Part shown: positions 42,201 through 51,095 of the stretch, one piece after another
Numbering within the stretch: the first letter of the stretch is position 1
How the letters are laid out: every line of letters begins with the position of its first letter
NCBI RefSeq assembly: GCF_037621005.1
Contig: NZ_JASJLB010000001.1
Strand: one strand, 5' to 3'
DNA length: 64,000 nucleotides
Origin: Parasphingorhabdus sp.
Lineage (GTDB): Bacteria; Pseudomonadota; Alphaproteobacteria; Sphingomonadales; Sphingomonadaceae
Made by a program: the position numbers and the translations under genes
Notes under the pieces: generated by a model
What the model was told of the DNA's origin: nothing
The model's input: the letters and a program-made list of their open reading frames with translations, nothing else
Databases searched by the model: none

Positions 42201-42717
42201 AGATGCGATTCTCGAAGCCAAAGCCAAAGGCTCTGGCTTACCAGCCCAAACCGACAGTTTCTCGCCCCAGATCACGGTTGATGCTCCGATTTTGATACCG
42301 GAAGCCTATGTGCCCGATCTTTCGCTCAGAATGGGGCTTTATCGCCGGATGAACGGGCTCAAAACGCTACCGGAAATCGAATCCTTTGCTGCGGAAATGA
42401 TCGATAGATTCGGCGACCTGCCGATCCAGACCGACAATCTGCTCAAGCTCATGCATATCAAAATGAATTGCGTGAACGCACAGATAGCGAAAATCGAAAT
42501 GGGACCACGCGGCGCATTGGTCACCTTCCACAACGATAGTTTTCCGAATGTTCAGGGTCTACTCGACTATGTCGATCGCCTCAAGGGAACCGCACGGATT
42601 CGGCCCGACAATAAATTGTTCATTGAACGCAAATGGCGCGATCCCAAATCCCGCCTGCATGGCCTGACCCAATTGACCACGGGACTATCGAAACTCGCAC
42701 AACGCGTTTCTGCCTAG
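39247..42717 (+). CDS. mfd: Transcription-repair coupling factor Mfd
   Basis: 1156 aa (GTG start; ATG 39286 is an alternative). UvrB-homology N-domain, GDVGFGKTEVA and IIDEEQRFG helicase motifs, and a TRCF C-domain. Confidence 0.97.
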   Translation: MFHLDRLLSSEKSMALAGVPAGYRPLFLSEIAVKSGRHTMFIATDDAAMSAVVEAARFFEPGLEIIEFPAWDCLPYDRASPALHTTSDRLAALAKLARPFTGSQLLVTTVNAVTQRVLAPSRIKEFVTRLAPGTIVEQEKLISFLYANGFVRVDTVADSGEFAARGGLIDLFPPGAELPIRIDLFGDEVETLRQFDPADQRTVGNIDSLDLLPVSEFLLDADSITRFRTRYRDLFGAVSTSDALYQSISEGRRLAGMEHWLPLLEERLATIFDYIEDDCIILRDAAGSAAADAQFVAIADYHKNRVEADKANLSSYRPLPPEMLYLTREEWRSQENDAPIHVLSEFDEPESETVMSMSVSSPRDFSPERARNENIYQALGTHLNSLAKSGTTAIVASYSKGSRARIFDLLKDHDVKTAVLCDDWNSCLLASTGVALTILPLASGFRTDSLSLLTEQDIFGDRLVRKSKRRKSSDAFIEELSALSPGDLVVHLEHGVGLYEGIVSIPVGTSPHDCVHLKYAGGDKLYVPVENIDVLSRYGEGGESVVLDRLGGEGWQRRKSKLKERIRAIAHELLRTAAARALQPATPARVEATEMAGFLDRFPYQETDDQQQAIEEVLADMASGKAMDRLVCGDVGFGKTEVAMRAAFAAAMAGMQVAIIAPTTLLARQHFNNFEERFRPFPIKIRRLSRLVPAAEAKKTKEGLTSGEVDIVIGTHALLAKSIEFQRLGLIIIDEEQRFGVTHKERLKAMKADVHVLTLTATPIPRTLQMAMTGMRELSVIQTPPVDRLAVRTYVMPWDPIPLREALLREHYRGGQSFIVVPRIADLPYIEDFLKKHAPELTYVVAHGQMAPATVEERMSAFYDRKYDVLLSTTIVESGLDIPSANTLIIHRADRFGLAQLYQLRGRVGRSKTRAYAYMVTPKDRIITEKAEKRLKILGDLDSLGAGFELASHDLDIRGAGNLLGDEQSGHIKEVGFELYQSMLEDAILEAKAKGSGLPAQTDSFSPQITVDAPILIPEAYVPDLSLRMGLYRRMNGLKTLPEIESFAAEMIDRFGDLPIQTDNLLKLMHIKMNCVNAQIAKIEMGPRGALVTFHNDSFPNVQGLLDYVDRLKGTARIRPDNKLFIERKWRDPKSRLHGLTQLTTGLSKLAQRVSA

Positions 42718-44702
42718 TTGCTGCGCAAACCGAAGGCTTCAAACTCGTCAGGCGAAAGCGGTCCGGAACGCAAGAAGCCCTGGAAATATTCGCAGCCCTG
42801 TTCCGCCAGAGTCTTGAGCTGAGCTTCCGTTTCAACGCCTTCGGCTATCACGCTGAGATGCAGGCTGTGCGCCATGTCTATTATCGACCGCACCACAATC
42901 TGATCTTTTGCCGAGCCGCTAATGTTACCGGTCAGGCCACTGTCGATCTTCAAATAGTCGACCGGCAGTTCTTTGAGATAAGACAAGCTGCTGTACCCGG
43001 TTCCGAAATCGTCAATCGCTATGCAAATGCCAGCCCTCCGCAATCGGTGCAATTTGTCCGCGGAAGTCGCCAAATTACCAATTAATTCGGATTCTGTGAT
43101 TTCGAGAGTCAGATTGCGCGAATCGAAACCGGCAGTGTCGACTTGCCTCAGCATATCATCGACAAATGCGGCTGCCGCCAAATCACCTGCCGTTACATTG
43201 ATTGAAAGCCGCAAGAAACCAAGGCTTGCTGGCCAGTTGGCGGCCAGTGTTAACGCCTGCTTGTGAATTTGAGTCGAGAGAGACTCCATCACTCCGGCCC
43301 GTTCCGCGACGGCGAACAAGGTTGAAGCGCCCAACAACCCATATTCGGGATGCTCCCATCGTGCCAAGGCTTCAGCGCCAACAAGTTGCCCCGTATCGAT
43401 TCTTATCTGCGGTTGAAAGGCGATGATAATCTCCCCCCGTCCCATCGCTCCTGCCAGTTGATCCTCCAGCACCTCTTCCAGATGCACATCCGCTTCCGAA
43501 ACGTTGCTGAAATTGATCGGCATAGCGTCCGCTGCGGTCGCTTCTGCAAGCGCCAGCACCGCCTTTCTGATCAATGTCTTTTCGCTGGAATCGCTATTCC
43601 CAATCGCGACCCCGGCCCGCGCAACGGGGCTGATCGGCCGCCCTTCCAGCTGCAGGTCGTCAAAGATGCTGCCCATCAGATCATTGGCAAAATCCGAAAT
43701 CTCGTTTTTCTGGATATTAGCGAGCGCGATCAGAAAATTCTGACCATCCAGGCCCGCAACCAAGTGCGGACCTGCATATTGGCGCTGCGTGTGATCAATC
43801 AACCTGTGCCCGACAATCCGCAGCAGTTGATCCCCCGCGCTACGTCCAAAAGCGGCGTTGATCATCCGGAAGTTTTTGATACCGATCGCAATCAGTGTTA
43901 ATTGACTTCCCGCCTCCAACTTCTGTCGAATCCATGAGCGAGCTGCTGCCGTATTCCGTAACCCGGACAGCAGATCCCGCCCGGTCCAGTCATCCTCTTC
44001 CTCGTTGTTCGCGAGATATTCAATTCTGCCAAAAATGCGGCCATCTGCTTCGTGCAGGTGATGGATGACGGGGCGGCCATTGAACTGGTGAGGCACCGCC
44101 GCCTGTCTGGCACCATCGCGCAGACGTCCCATGGCCCCTCGCACGCGCTTCTGTTCCTTGCGCGATAGCGCGCGGTAGATACCGGTCACGGGATATTTTC
44201 TAAAATCAATCTCACCAGCTGCTGCCAACAGACTATCGCTTATCCAATATTCGTTGACGGAGCCCAAGGTCAGCGACCATTGTAAATACGCAAATGTCAG
44301 CAACGACTGCTCATGGCTCGCGCGTTCGGCGCCGCCTCTAAGGTTTTCGACATAGCGATAGGCATATTTGATCGACTGGGCGAGATCCGCACCAGCATAG
44401 GCAAAATCGAGATAATAAGTTGCACCGGAATCAAAGCATTTCCCAATGATTCCTTGGCTTTTTTTGCTATTGACCAACGCCAATATCGCAATCCCGCCTT
44501 CTGTTGCGGTCCTTGACAGCTCTGCAATCGCCTTCAAGCCTTCGTCTTCGGCTCGGCGAGCATCGATCACCGCTATCATCGCACCGGCTGAAAAAAAACG
44601 GGTCCTCAGATTATCCAGCCTGCGAGCAGAATGGACCCGCCAGCCAAAAGACGCAATTTCTGCGGCCAGAGGATCACGGTCGTGGAACGAAAGCAGGAAC
44701 AA
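42714..44702 (-). CDS. EAL phosphodiesterase with degenerate GGDEF domain and receiver-like N-terminus
   Basis: 662 aa. The EAL domain (QPQIRIDTGQLVGAEALARWEHPEYG ... DDFGTGYSSLSYLK) looks intact. In the GGDEF domain, LDGQNF (43734-43751) replaces GGDEF and IAIGIKNF replaces the metal-binding D. Confidence 0.88.
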   Translation of the reverse strand: MFLLSFHDRDPLAAEIASFGWRVHSARRLDNLRTRFFSAGAMIAVIDARRAEDEGLKAIAELSRTATEGGIAILALVNSKKSQGIIGKCFDSGATYYLDFAYAGADLAQSIKYAYRYVENLRGGAERASHEQSLLTFAYLQWSLTLGSVNEYWISDSLLAAAGEIDFRKYPVTGIYRALSRKEQKRVRGAMGRLRDGARQAAVPHQFNGRPVIHHLHEADGRIFGRIEYLANNEEEDDWTGRDLLSGLRNTAAARSWIRQKLEAGSQLTLIAIGIKNFRMINAAFGRSAGDQLLRIVGHRLIDHTQRQYAGPHLVAGLDGQNFLIALANIQKNEISDFANDLMGSIFDDLQLEGRPISPVARAGVAIGNSDSSEKTLIRKAVLALAEATAADAMPINFSNVSEADVHLEEVLEDQLAGAMGRGEIIIAFQPQIRIDTGQLVGAEALARWEHPEYGLLGASTLFAVAERAGVMESLSTQIHKQALTLAANWPASLGFLRLSINVTAGDLAAAAFVDDMLRQVDTAGFDSRNLTLEITESELIGNLATSADKLHRLRRAGICIAIDDFGTGYSSLSYLKELPVDYLKIDSGLTGNISGSAKDQIVVRSIIDMAHSLHLSVIAEGVETEAQLKTLAEQGCEYFQGFLRSGPLSPDEFEAFGLRSN

Positions 44703-44884
44703 GTTCCTGAATTCAACCGGATGCGCAGTCGAGATGGATGATATTTGGACCTAAGAACTCCTTAACTAGGATGGCAGGAACGCCGATTTGCGTGCGAGCG
44801 ACTATCTTTTTCCGTAGCATGAAAACCTTTATAGGGCGTTGCCTGCCTATATAGAAAACGCTAGTTCTATCCCTTTGGATCAAC

Positions 44885-45883
44885 ATGAGGCGTCTAATGC
44901 AAGACAGTTTCGGACGCAAAATTGATTACCTGCGGATTTCGGTCACTGACCGATGCAATTTCCGCTGCCAATATTGCATGTCCGAAAAGATGACCTTCAT
45001 GCCGAAGTCAGAGCTGCTGACACTGGAAGAGATTACCCTAATTGCTGAACGGTTCATCGGCCACGGAATCCGCAAAATCCGGCTAACCGGCGGCGAACCG
45101 CTGGTTAGAAGGGATATGAAAGACGTTATCAAGCGCCTTGGCAGAAAAGTGGCATCCGGCGAACTAGAAGAATTGACGCTGACCACCAACGGGTCATTGC
45201 TGACCGAATATGCCGACCATCTCGCAGCCCATGGCATGCGGCGGATTAATGTCAGCATGGATACGCTCAACCCCGACCGCTTTGCCGAAATCACACGTGG
45301 CGCCGATGTGAACGTTGTGTTGGCTGGCATAACGGCAGCCCAGTCGGCGGGTATCCGGGTCAAGATCAACATGGTGGCCCTGCGTGATTTCAACGAAACC
45401 GATCTTTTGCCCATGGCCGAATATTGCGCGGCAAACGTCCATGATCTGACGATTATTGAGACCATGCCCTTGGGTGATGTCGGTGCGGATCGAAAACTCG
45501 CCCATATTCCCGCCGATGAATTTTTAACTCCCTTGAGGGATCATTACTCAATCACCCCAATTCCGCATCGGAGCTCTGGTCCGGCGCGTTATGTGTCTGT
45601 CGAACCGCTAGGACTGCGCTTGGGCATGATCACACCGCTGAGCAATAATTTCTGCGATGACTGCAACCGGCTCCGCCTCACCACCGATGGCAAAATATTC
45701 ATGTGCCTCGGTCACAGTACGCATGTCGATTTGCGCGCGGCGGTTCGCAAGGATGGCATCGCTGCCGTTGACCAACTGCTCCAACAGGCTCTAAAGCTCA
45801 AGCCGCTGCGGCATGATTTCAATGCCCAGCTCGATGGGTCCGCAGAGATATTGGAGCGTCACATGAACGTCACGGGCGGATGA
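44885..45883 (+). CDS. moaA: GTP 3',8-cyclase MoaA
   Basis: 332 aa. Radical-SAM cluster motif CNFRCQYC, second cluster CDDCNRLRLTTDGKIFMC, C-terminal GG. Confidence 0.95.
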   Translation: MRRLMQDSFGRKIDYLRISVTDRCNFRCQYCMSEKMTFMPKSELLTLEEITLIAERFIGHGIRKIRLTGGEPLVRRDMKDVIKRLGRKVASGELEELTLTTNGSLLTEYADHLAAHGMRRINVSMDTLNPDRFAEITRGADVNVVLAGITAAQSAGIRVKINMVALRDFNETDLLPMAEYCAANVHDLTIIETMPLGDVGADRKLAHIPADEFLTPLRDHYSITPIPHRSSGPARYVSVEPLGLRLGMITPLSNNFCDDCNRLRLTTDGKIFMCLGHSTHVDLRAAVRKDGIAAVDQLLQQALKLKPLRHDFNAQLDGSAEILERHMNVTGG

Positions 45884-46653
45884 ACAAGAAGAAATGGGCA
45901 CTGATCGTGTCACCTACGCAGCCAGCGCAGGAAGCCGCCGAAAAGCTGAAACCAATGATCGACTGGGTTCCACCTGAAGAGGCCGATCAGGCTGTTGTTC
46001 TGGGCGGTGACGGTTTCATGCTGCAAACCCTGCATCAGATGCTCAATCGCCGCAAAATCATGCCGGTATATGGCATGAACCTGGGCACCGTCGGCTTCCT
46101 GATGAACAACTGGCATCTGGAAGACCTGAGGGAGCGGCTGACCAATGCCCGGGCCTTCAAGGTAAAACCCCTCAAGATGGAGGTAGAGACCATTTCCGGG
46201 GCCAGCTTCACCCTGCCCGCGATCAACGAAGTGTCGCTGCTGCGGGAAACCCGGCAAACGGCGAAGCTGGAGATCGAAATCAATGGCCGGGTAATGATGG
46301 AGGAACTTGTCTGCGACGGCGTGCTGATCGCCACGCCGGCTGGCTCCACCGCCTATAATCTGTCCGCCAATGGCCCGATTCTGCCGCTGACCTGCAATCT
46401 CCTGGCGTTGACCCCGATCAGCCCGTTCCGGCCGCGACGCTGGAAAGGGGCGATTTTGCCGGACAAAATGGAAATCAGCATCCGCGTGCTTAACCCCGAA
46501 AAACGGCCTGTCAGCGCTGTCGGCGACCAGCAGGAAGTCCGCGACGTCAGCCGTGTCAAAGTGGCCATCGACCGCAGCCAGTCTCTGACCATGCTATTCG
46601 ATCCGGAACATGCGCTCGATGATCGCATCGCCATGGAACAATTTGTCGTTTGA
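45880..46653 (+). CDS. nadK: NAD kinase
   Basis: 257 aa. VVLGGDGFML (GGDG) motif and a TPAGSTAYNLSANGPIL segment. ATGA overlap with moaA. Confidence 0.9.
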   Translation: MNKKKWALIVSPTQPAQEAAEKLKPMIDWVPPEEADQAVVLGGDGFMLQTLHQMLNRRKIMPVYGMNLGTVGFLMNNWHLEDLRERLTNARAFKVKPLKMEVETISGASFTLPAINEVSLLRETRQTAKLEIEINGRVMMEELVCDGVLIATPAGSTAYNLSANGPILPLTCNLLALTPISPFRPRRWKGAILPDKMEISIRVLNPEKRPVSAVGDQQEVRDVSRVKVAIDRSQSLTMLFDPEHALDDRIAMEQFVV

Positions 46654-46727
46654 TGGCTTGCGGCCCGCAAATGTCGTTGCTATAGGCTCGCTTCACCAAC
46701 AAAGGCTCGGTCCAAAATCGAGCTTGT

Positions 46728-46802
46728 TCCCTGATAGCTCAGCGGTAGAGCGTTCGACTGTTAATCGAAATGTCGTAGGTTCGAATCCTACTCGGGGAGC
46801 CA
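46728..46802 (+). tRNA. tRNA-Asn (anticodon GTT), CCA encoded
   Basis: Hand-folded cloverleaf. Acceptor tccctga/tcgggga (one G-U pair). D arm gctc..gagc. Anticodon stem ttcga/tcgaa with loop ctGTTaa. T arm gtagg-ttcgaat-cctac. Discriminator g, then cca, followed by TTTTTT. Confidence 0.93.
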
Positions 46803-46872
46803 TTTTTTAGCTGCAAGTTAATGTAATAACGGTGATAAAAAGCCGTGTGTCTCTCGCGTGAATATGGCGTAA

Positions 46873-46931
46873 GCACTATCCTCCAGAAAATGACTTCGCC
46901 TGCGAGCCGGTTATTTTCTGGGGGATAGTGC
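46873..46931. repeat. Long inverted repeat / hairpin (19-bp stem, 21-nt loop)
   Basis: Arm 46873-46891 (gcactatcctccagaaaat) pairs with arm 46913-46931 (attttctgggggatagtgc). That gives 18 Watson-Crick pairs plus one T-G, which is a wobble only in a plus-strand transcript. Confidence 0.8.
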
Positions 46932-47062
46932 GGGGCAAAAAAAACGGCTTAAGCCTGCTACGAGCTAAAAGCTGGTGGGTTTACTCCAAAGGTGAGACAC
47001 TAAATAGGCGCTGATAAAGGCTTTTTCGTAGGGATTCCAGCCACAGCTCCGATCCCACCAAC

Positions 47063-47830
47063 TCAAACCCACAAGATCCGCACGGCCACATAGAGTATTA
47101 GCAAGGCGGTCAACCGCCTGATCCAGATTTCGGGTAAGGCCTTACTCGCCAATAGGCTGCCGATCTGGCCGCCAAACAGCACGCCGAGGAATAAAGGCCA
47201 ATAGGCAATAACCGCCTCTGCGCCACTGCTGAACCCCGATTTCATCAACTGCCCGCCGAGGCCAGCGATCGAATTGACCAGGATGAAGACGCTTGCGGTC
47301 GCGGCAATGCGGCGGCTGTCAGCCCAGCGGGTCAGCAGCAGTATCGGGGCGAGGAAAATGCCGCCGCCGATGCCCACCATGCCGGACAGGAAGCCGATTC
47401 CAGTGCCGATGCCGGGGGCGAACAGCCGGTGGCCGGTCCATCGCCGGCTGTCAGACCCGGCCCCTGCCCGCTTGAGAAATGGCTCGATAATTAGCAAAAG
47501 GCCCGCTGCAGCCAGCGAAAGGCCGAGCAGCAGCATGAAGCTATCCTGTTCCAGCAGCATGCGCCCGCCCAGCCATGCCGCCGGCACCGACAGCAGCAGG
47601 ATCGGCCAGATTTTTGGCCAGTCGATAAGGCCGCGGGACTGAAAGCGGAGGGTACCGCCAGTCACAACAATGATATTGCACAACAAAGCAATGACCGGCA
47701 GCGCTCGATAATCGAGGTCCGCCAGCGCCAGCAGCGCGATATAGGTGGACCCGCCGCCAAATCCGACGCTGGCGTATAGCGCCGCGGTCAATGCAAATAA
47801 TATTGCCAGGCCGGTTATGCCGAACACCAT
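47063..47830 (-). CDS. Sulfite exporter TauE/SafE family membrane protein
   Basis: 255 aa, ~8 TM helices. The Gly-rich GFLSGMVGIGGGIFLAPILL segment is typical of TauE/SafE. Confidence 0.82.
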   Translation of the reverse strand: MVFGITGLAILFALTAALYASVGFGGGSTYIALLALADLDYRALPVIALLCNIIVVTGGTLRFQSRGLIDWPKIWPILLLSVPAAWLGGRMLLEQDSFMLLLGLSLAAAGLLLIIEPFLKRAGAGSDSRRWTGHRLFAPGIGTGIGFLSGMVGIGGGIFLAPILLLTRWADSRRIAATASVFILVNSIAGLGGQLMKSGFSSGAEAVIAYWPLFLGVLFGGQIGSLLASKALPEIWIRRLTALLILYVAVRILWV

Positions 47831-47862
47831 CTTAGTTCCCGCCCGCCCGCCGGCGGTTCAGA

Positions 47863-50604
47863 TCAAAATTTCCCGTGGCAATGCTTATATTTGCGTCCCG
47901 AACCACAGGGGCATGGCGCGTTGCGGCTGACCTTGCTGCCATCGAACGGATCTCCCGGATTATCCAGCTGTCCCGATTGCCGTGGCGGCAAGGATGTCGA
48001 TACCGCCCCCAATGTGCCACCGTCGATATCATTACTATTATCTTCCCCGGTCAGCGGATCGATATGCGTGGTCAGGAAGTCAGGCAAGTCAGGCAAGTCA
48101 GGCACTACAAGTTCTTCCTGCTGGTGGAACTGGCTGATTGCGATCGTCTTGGTCACGCCTTCGCGGATAATTTCCAGCATCCGCTCGAACAGGCCAAAGG
48201 CTTCCTGCTTATATTCGTCGAGTGGCTTCTTCTGGGCATAGGCGCGCAGGAACACGACCTGACGCAGGGCATCCAGCGTGGCCAGATGCTCTTTCCAGTG
48301 ATGGTCGAGCAATTCGAGCAGGATCGATTTTTCAATCTGCTGCCAGACCCCGGGATTTTCGGCTTCTACCGCTGCCATTTTGGCTTCGAAATCGGCATCG
48401 GCCATATCGGAGATACGGGTTTCGATAATTTCCGGTTCGAGCGCATCCTCACGCATCCAGCTGTCGAAATCGGGTGTGAGGGTCAACACTTCCTGAACCC
48501 GGGCCTTCAGGCCCTCGATATCCCATTGCTCGGGATAGCTGCCCGGCGGGCAGGCATCGGCGACCATCGCATTAACGGTTTCGTGCCGCATGTCCTCGAC
48601 CACGTCACCGACCGTATCCGCATCCATGATTTCAGAGCGCTGCTCGTAGATCACCTTGCGCTGGTCGTTCATCACATCATCATATTCAACAACCTGCTTG
48701 CGCGCTTCATAATTGCGCGCCTCGACCTTTTTCTGAGCCGTTTCAATGGCTTTCGACAACCATTTGCCACCGATTGCTTCGCCGTCCTCGAGATTTTTGT
48801 TCATCATCTTGGCGAACATCGTTTCGGTTCCAAAGATGCGCAGCAGATCATCTTCGAGGCAGAGGTAAAAGCGACTCAGTCCGGGATCGCCCTGACGACC
48901 GGAGCGGCCGCGCAGCTGGTTATCGATCCGGCGGCTTTCGTGCCGCTCGGTACCGAGAACGAACAGGCCGCCCGCCTCTCTCACCCGCGCGCGCAGCGCC
49001 CGGACTTCTTCTTCGATCTTGGCAATCGCCTTGTCTCTCTCCGGACCGGCTTCCATCTCGCCAAGCTCTGCTTCGATCCGAAAATCGATATTGCCGCCCA
49101 ATTGAATATCGGTTCCGCGGCCAGCCATGTTGGTCGCGATCGTTACCGCACCGGGTGCGCCGGCTTGCGCCACGATAAGCGCTTCCTGCTCATGGAACCG
49201 GGCGTTCAGCACGCTATGCTCGACATTTTCCTTGTTGAGAAAATCCGAGAGCAGTTCGGATTTTTCGATCGAAACGGTGCCGACCAATACCGGCTGACCC
49301 TTTTCACTATGTTCCTTGACGGTTTTTGCAATGGCGGCAAATTTGTCGAGCGTATTTTTGTAAAACTCGTCATTCTCGTCGATCCGCAACACCGGCTTGT
49401 TGGTCGGAATGGTGACGACGTTCATCTTGTAGATTTCAAAAAATTCGGCGGCTTCCGTCTCCGCGGTGCCGGTCATACCGGACAGCTTCGGATACATACG
49501 GAAATAATTCTGGAAGGTGATCGACGCCATCGTCTGGTTTTCGGGCTCGATCTGGACCCCTTCCTTGGCCTCCACCGCCTGGTGCAGACCATTGGACCAG
49601 CGCCGTCCTTCCATCATCCGGCCGGTAAATTCATCGATGATGATGATCTTGCCATCCTTGACGATATAGTCGGTGTCACGCTTACGCATGACATTGGCCA
49701 TCAAAGCCTGGTTCAGATGGTGGACGACCTGGGTATTTTCATAGTCATAGAGATTGCTGCCGACCAGCAGACCTGCCTCTTCGAGCAGGCGTTCCGCTTT
49801 TTCCGTACCATCTTCGGTCAGCGAGATATTTCTCGATTTTTCGTCTTTTTCATAATCTTCTTCGGTGATGAACTGAACAACCGCGTTGACCGTCAAATAT
49901 AGGTCAGACTTGTCATCGGTCGGTCCGGAGATGATCAGCGGCGTCCGGGCTTCATCGATCAGAATCGAGTCGACCTCATCGACAATCGCGAAGTTGAAGG
50001 GCCGTTGCACCATCTTGCTACGCTCGTGCTTCATATTGTCGCGCAGATAGTCGAAGCCAAATTCATTATTGGTGCCGTAGGTGATATCCGCCGCATAGGC
50101 CGCCCGGCGCTTGCCCTCGTCGAGGTTTGGAACGATCACCCCGACTTTCAGCCCGAGAAAATTATAGACCTGACTCATCCATTCCGCGTCGCGGCGGGCG
50201 AGATAGTCGTTGACGGTGACGACGTGCACGCCCTTGCCGTCAATCGCATTGAGATAACAGGCCAGCGTCGCGACCAGGGTCTTGCCTTCACCGGTCCGCA
50301 TTTCGGCGATTTCTCCGCGATGTAGCACGATGCCGCCAATCAGCTGCACATCATAATGGCGCTGGCCCAGGGTCCGCTTTGCTGCTTCACGCACGACCGC
50401 AAAGGCTTCCGGCAAAATATCGTCCAGCAATTCACCGCCAGCGACACGTTCCTTAAAATAGGGTGTTTTTGCTGCCAGCTCTTCATCCGAAAGAACTTCC
50501 ACTGCTGTTTCAAACGCATTGACCGCATCGACCACTTTTTGCATTGATTTTACATAGCGGTCATTGGCTGACCCGAAGATGGATTTGGCTAAATCGCCGA
50601 ACAT
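47863..50604 (-). CDS. secA: Preprotein translocase ATPase SecA
   Basis: I use ATG 50604 ([19 protein letters not shown]), giving 913 aa, rather than track start 50694. DEAD-like motor motifs and the C-terminal zinc motif [14 protein letters not shown]. Confidence 0.97.
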   Translation of the reverse strand: MFGDLAKSIFGSANDRYVKSMQKVVDAVNAFETAVEVLSDEELAAKTPYFKERVAGGELLDDILPEAFAVVREAAKRTLGQRHYDVQLIGGIVLHRGEIAEMRTGEGKTLVATLACYLNAIDGKGVHVVTVNDYLARRDAEWMSQVYNFLGLKVGVIVPNLDEGKRRAAYAADITYGTNNEFGFDYLRDNMKHERSKMVQRPFNFAIVDEVDSILIDEARTPLIISGPTDDKSDLYLTVNAVVQFITEEDYEKDEKSRNISLTEDGTEKAERLLEEAGLLVGSNLYDYENTQVVHHLNQALMANVMRKRDTDYIVKDGKIIIIDEFTGRMMEGRRWSNGLHQAVEAKEGVQIEPENQTMASITFQNYFRMYPKLSGMTGTAETEAAEFFEIYKMNVVTIPTNKPVLRIDENDEFYKNTLDKFAAIAKTVKEHSEKGQPVLVGTVSIEKSELLSDFLNKENVEHSVLNARFHEQEALIVAQAGAPGAVTIATNMAGRGTDIQLGGNIDFRIEAELGEMEAGPERDKAIAKIEEEVRALRARVREAGGLFVLGTERHESRRIDNQLRGRSGRQGDPGLSRFYLCLEDDLLRIFGTETMFAKMMNKNLEDGEAIGGKWLSKAIETAQKKVEARNYEARKQVVEYDDVMNDQRKVIYEQRSEIMDADTVGDVVEDMRHETVNAMVADACPPGSYPEQWDIEGLKARVQEVLTLTPDFDSWMREDALEPEIIETRISDMADADFEAKMAAVEAENPGVWQQIEKSILLELLDHHWKEHLATLDALRQVVFLRAYAQKKPLDEYKQEAFGLFERMLEIIREGVTKTIAISQFHQQEELVVPDLPDLPDFLTTHIDPLTGEDNSNDIDGGTLGAVSTSLPPRQSGQLDNPGDPFDGSKVSRNAPCPCGSGRKYKHCHGKF

Positions 50605-50708
50605 GACATTTTCCAATTTGTAGATTTTTCCGGCCAGTAAAAGCCGCGAACAGGATGAATTTAGAGAGAGTTTCTTGCCGTTCAATAATGGCAAGGCAGA
50701 GAATGGCG

Positions 50709-51035
50709 CTAGGGCGCGCCTTCTTCATGTTCCAGCTTGTCGCCGGCTTGCACGCGCATCGCAACGACGGCCCAAACATGGGTTCTGCTGGCAATTTTTT
50801 CGACGGCATGTGGCTCAGAAAAGCAACCTTCTACCATAGCGCAGAATTGATGATCCGATGATTCCAATCTTGCCGCTTCGACAACAGAAGATGGATCCGC
50901 AACCGTGACTTCCGACAGGTTGGCGGCGCTTCCCATTTCGGGTATCATGCGCTCTTCTGCCGCTGCCGACGCAGGCACGGCCAGGCCGACGGCGTTGAAT
51001 AGCAGCAACATAAAACTTGCAATATATGCGTTCAT
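50709..51035 (-). CDS. Hypothetical secreted protein
   Basis: ATG 51035 gives [27 protein letters not shown], a signal peptide with an AxA site, and 108 aa. No family recognised. Confidence 0.5.
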   Translation of the reverse strand: MNAYIASFMLLLFNAVGLAVPASAAAEERMIPEMGSAANLSEVTVADPSSVVEAARLESSDHQFCAMVEGCFSEPHAVEKIASRTHVWAVVAMRVQAGDKLEHEEGAP

Positions 51036-51095
51036 GGACAAGGCACCCGTCAATATCAGCGCGTTCTATCAAAACATTGAATAAAGGCAAGTTAA

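Noticed and set aside
44703-44884. Moco riboswitch in the moaA leader
   Set aside because: I could not recognise the conserved Moco-motif core nucleotides by eye. Only the generic inverted repeat is reported, as a finding. An Infernal scan would be needed to decide.
46728-47062. Possible genomic island integrated at tRNA-Asn
   Set aside because: No integrase or other mobile gene follows the tRNA. I found no duplicated copy of the tRNA 3' end downstream. The next gene (TauE family) has host-like composition.
47875-49902. 675-aa plus-strand ORF
   Set aside because: Antisense to secA. No recognisable domains.
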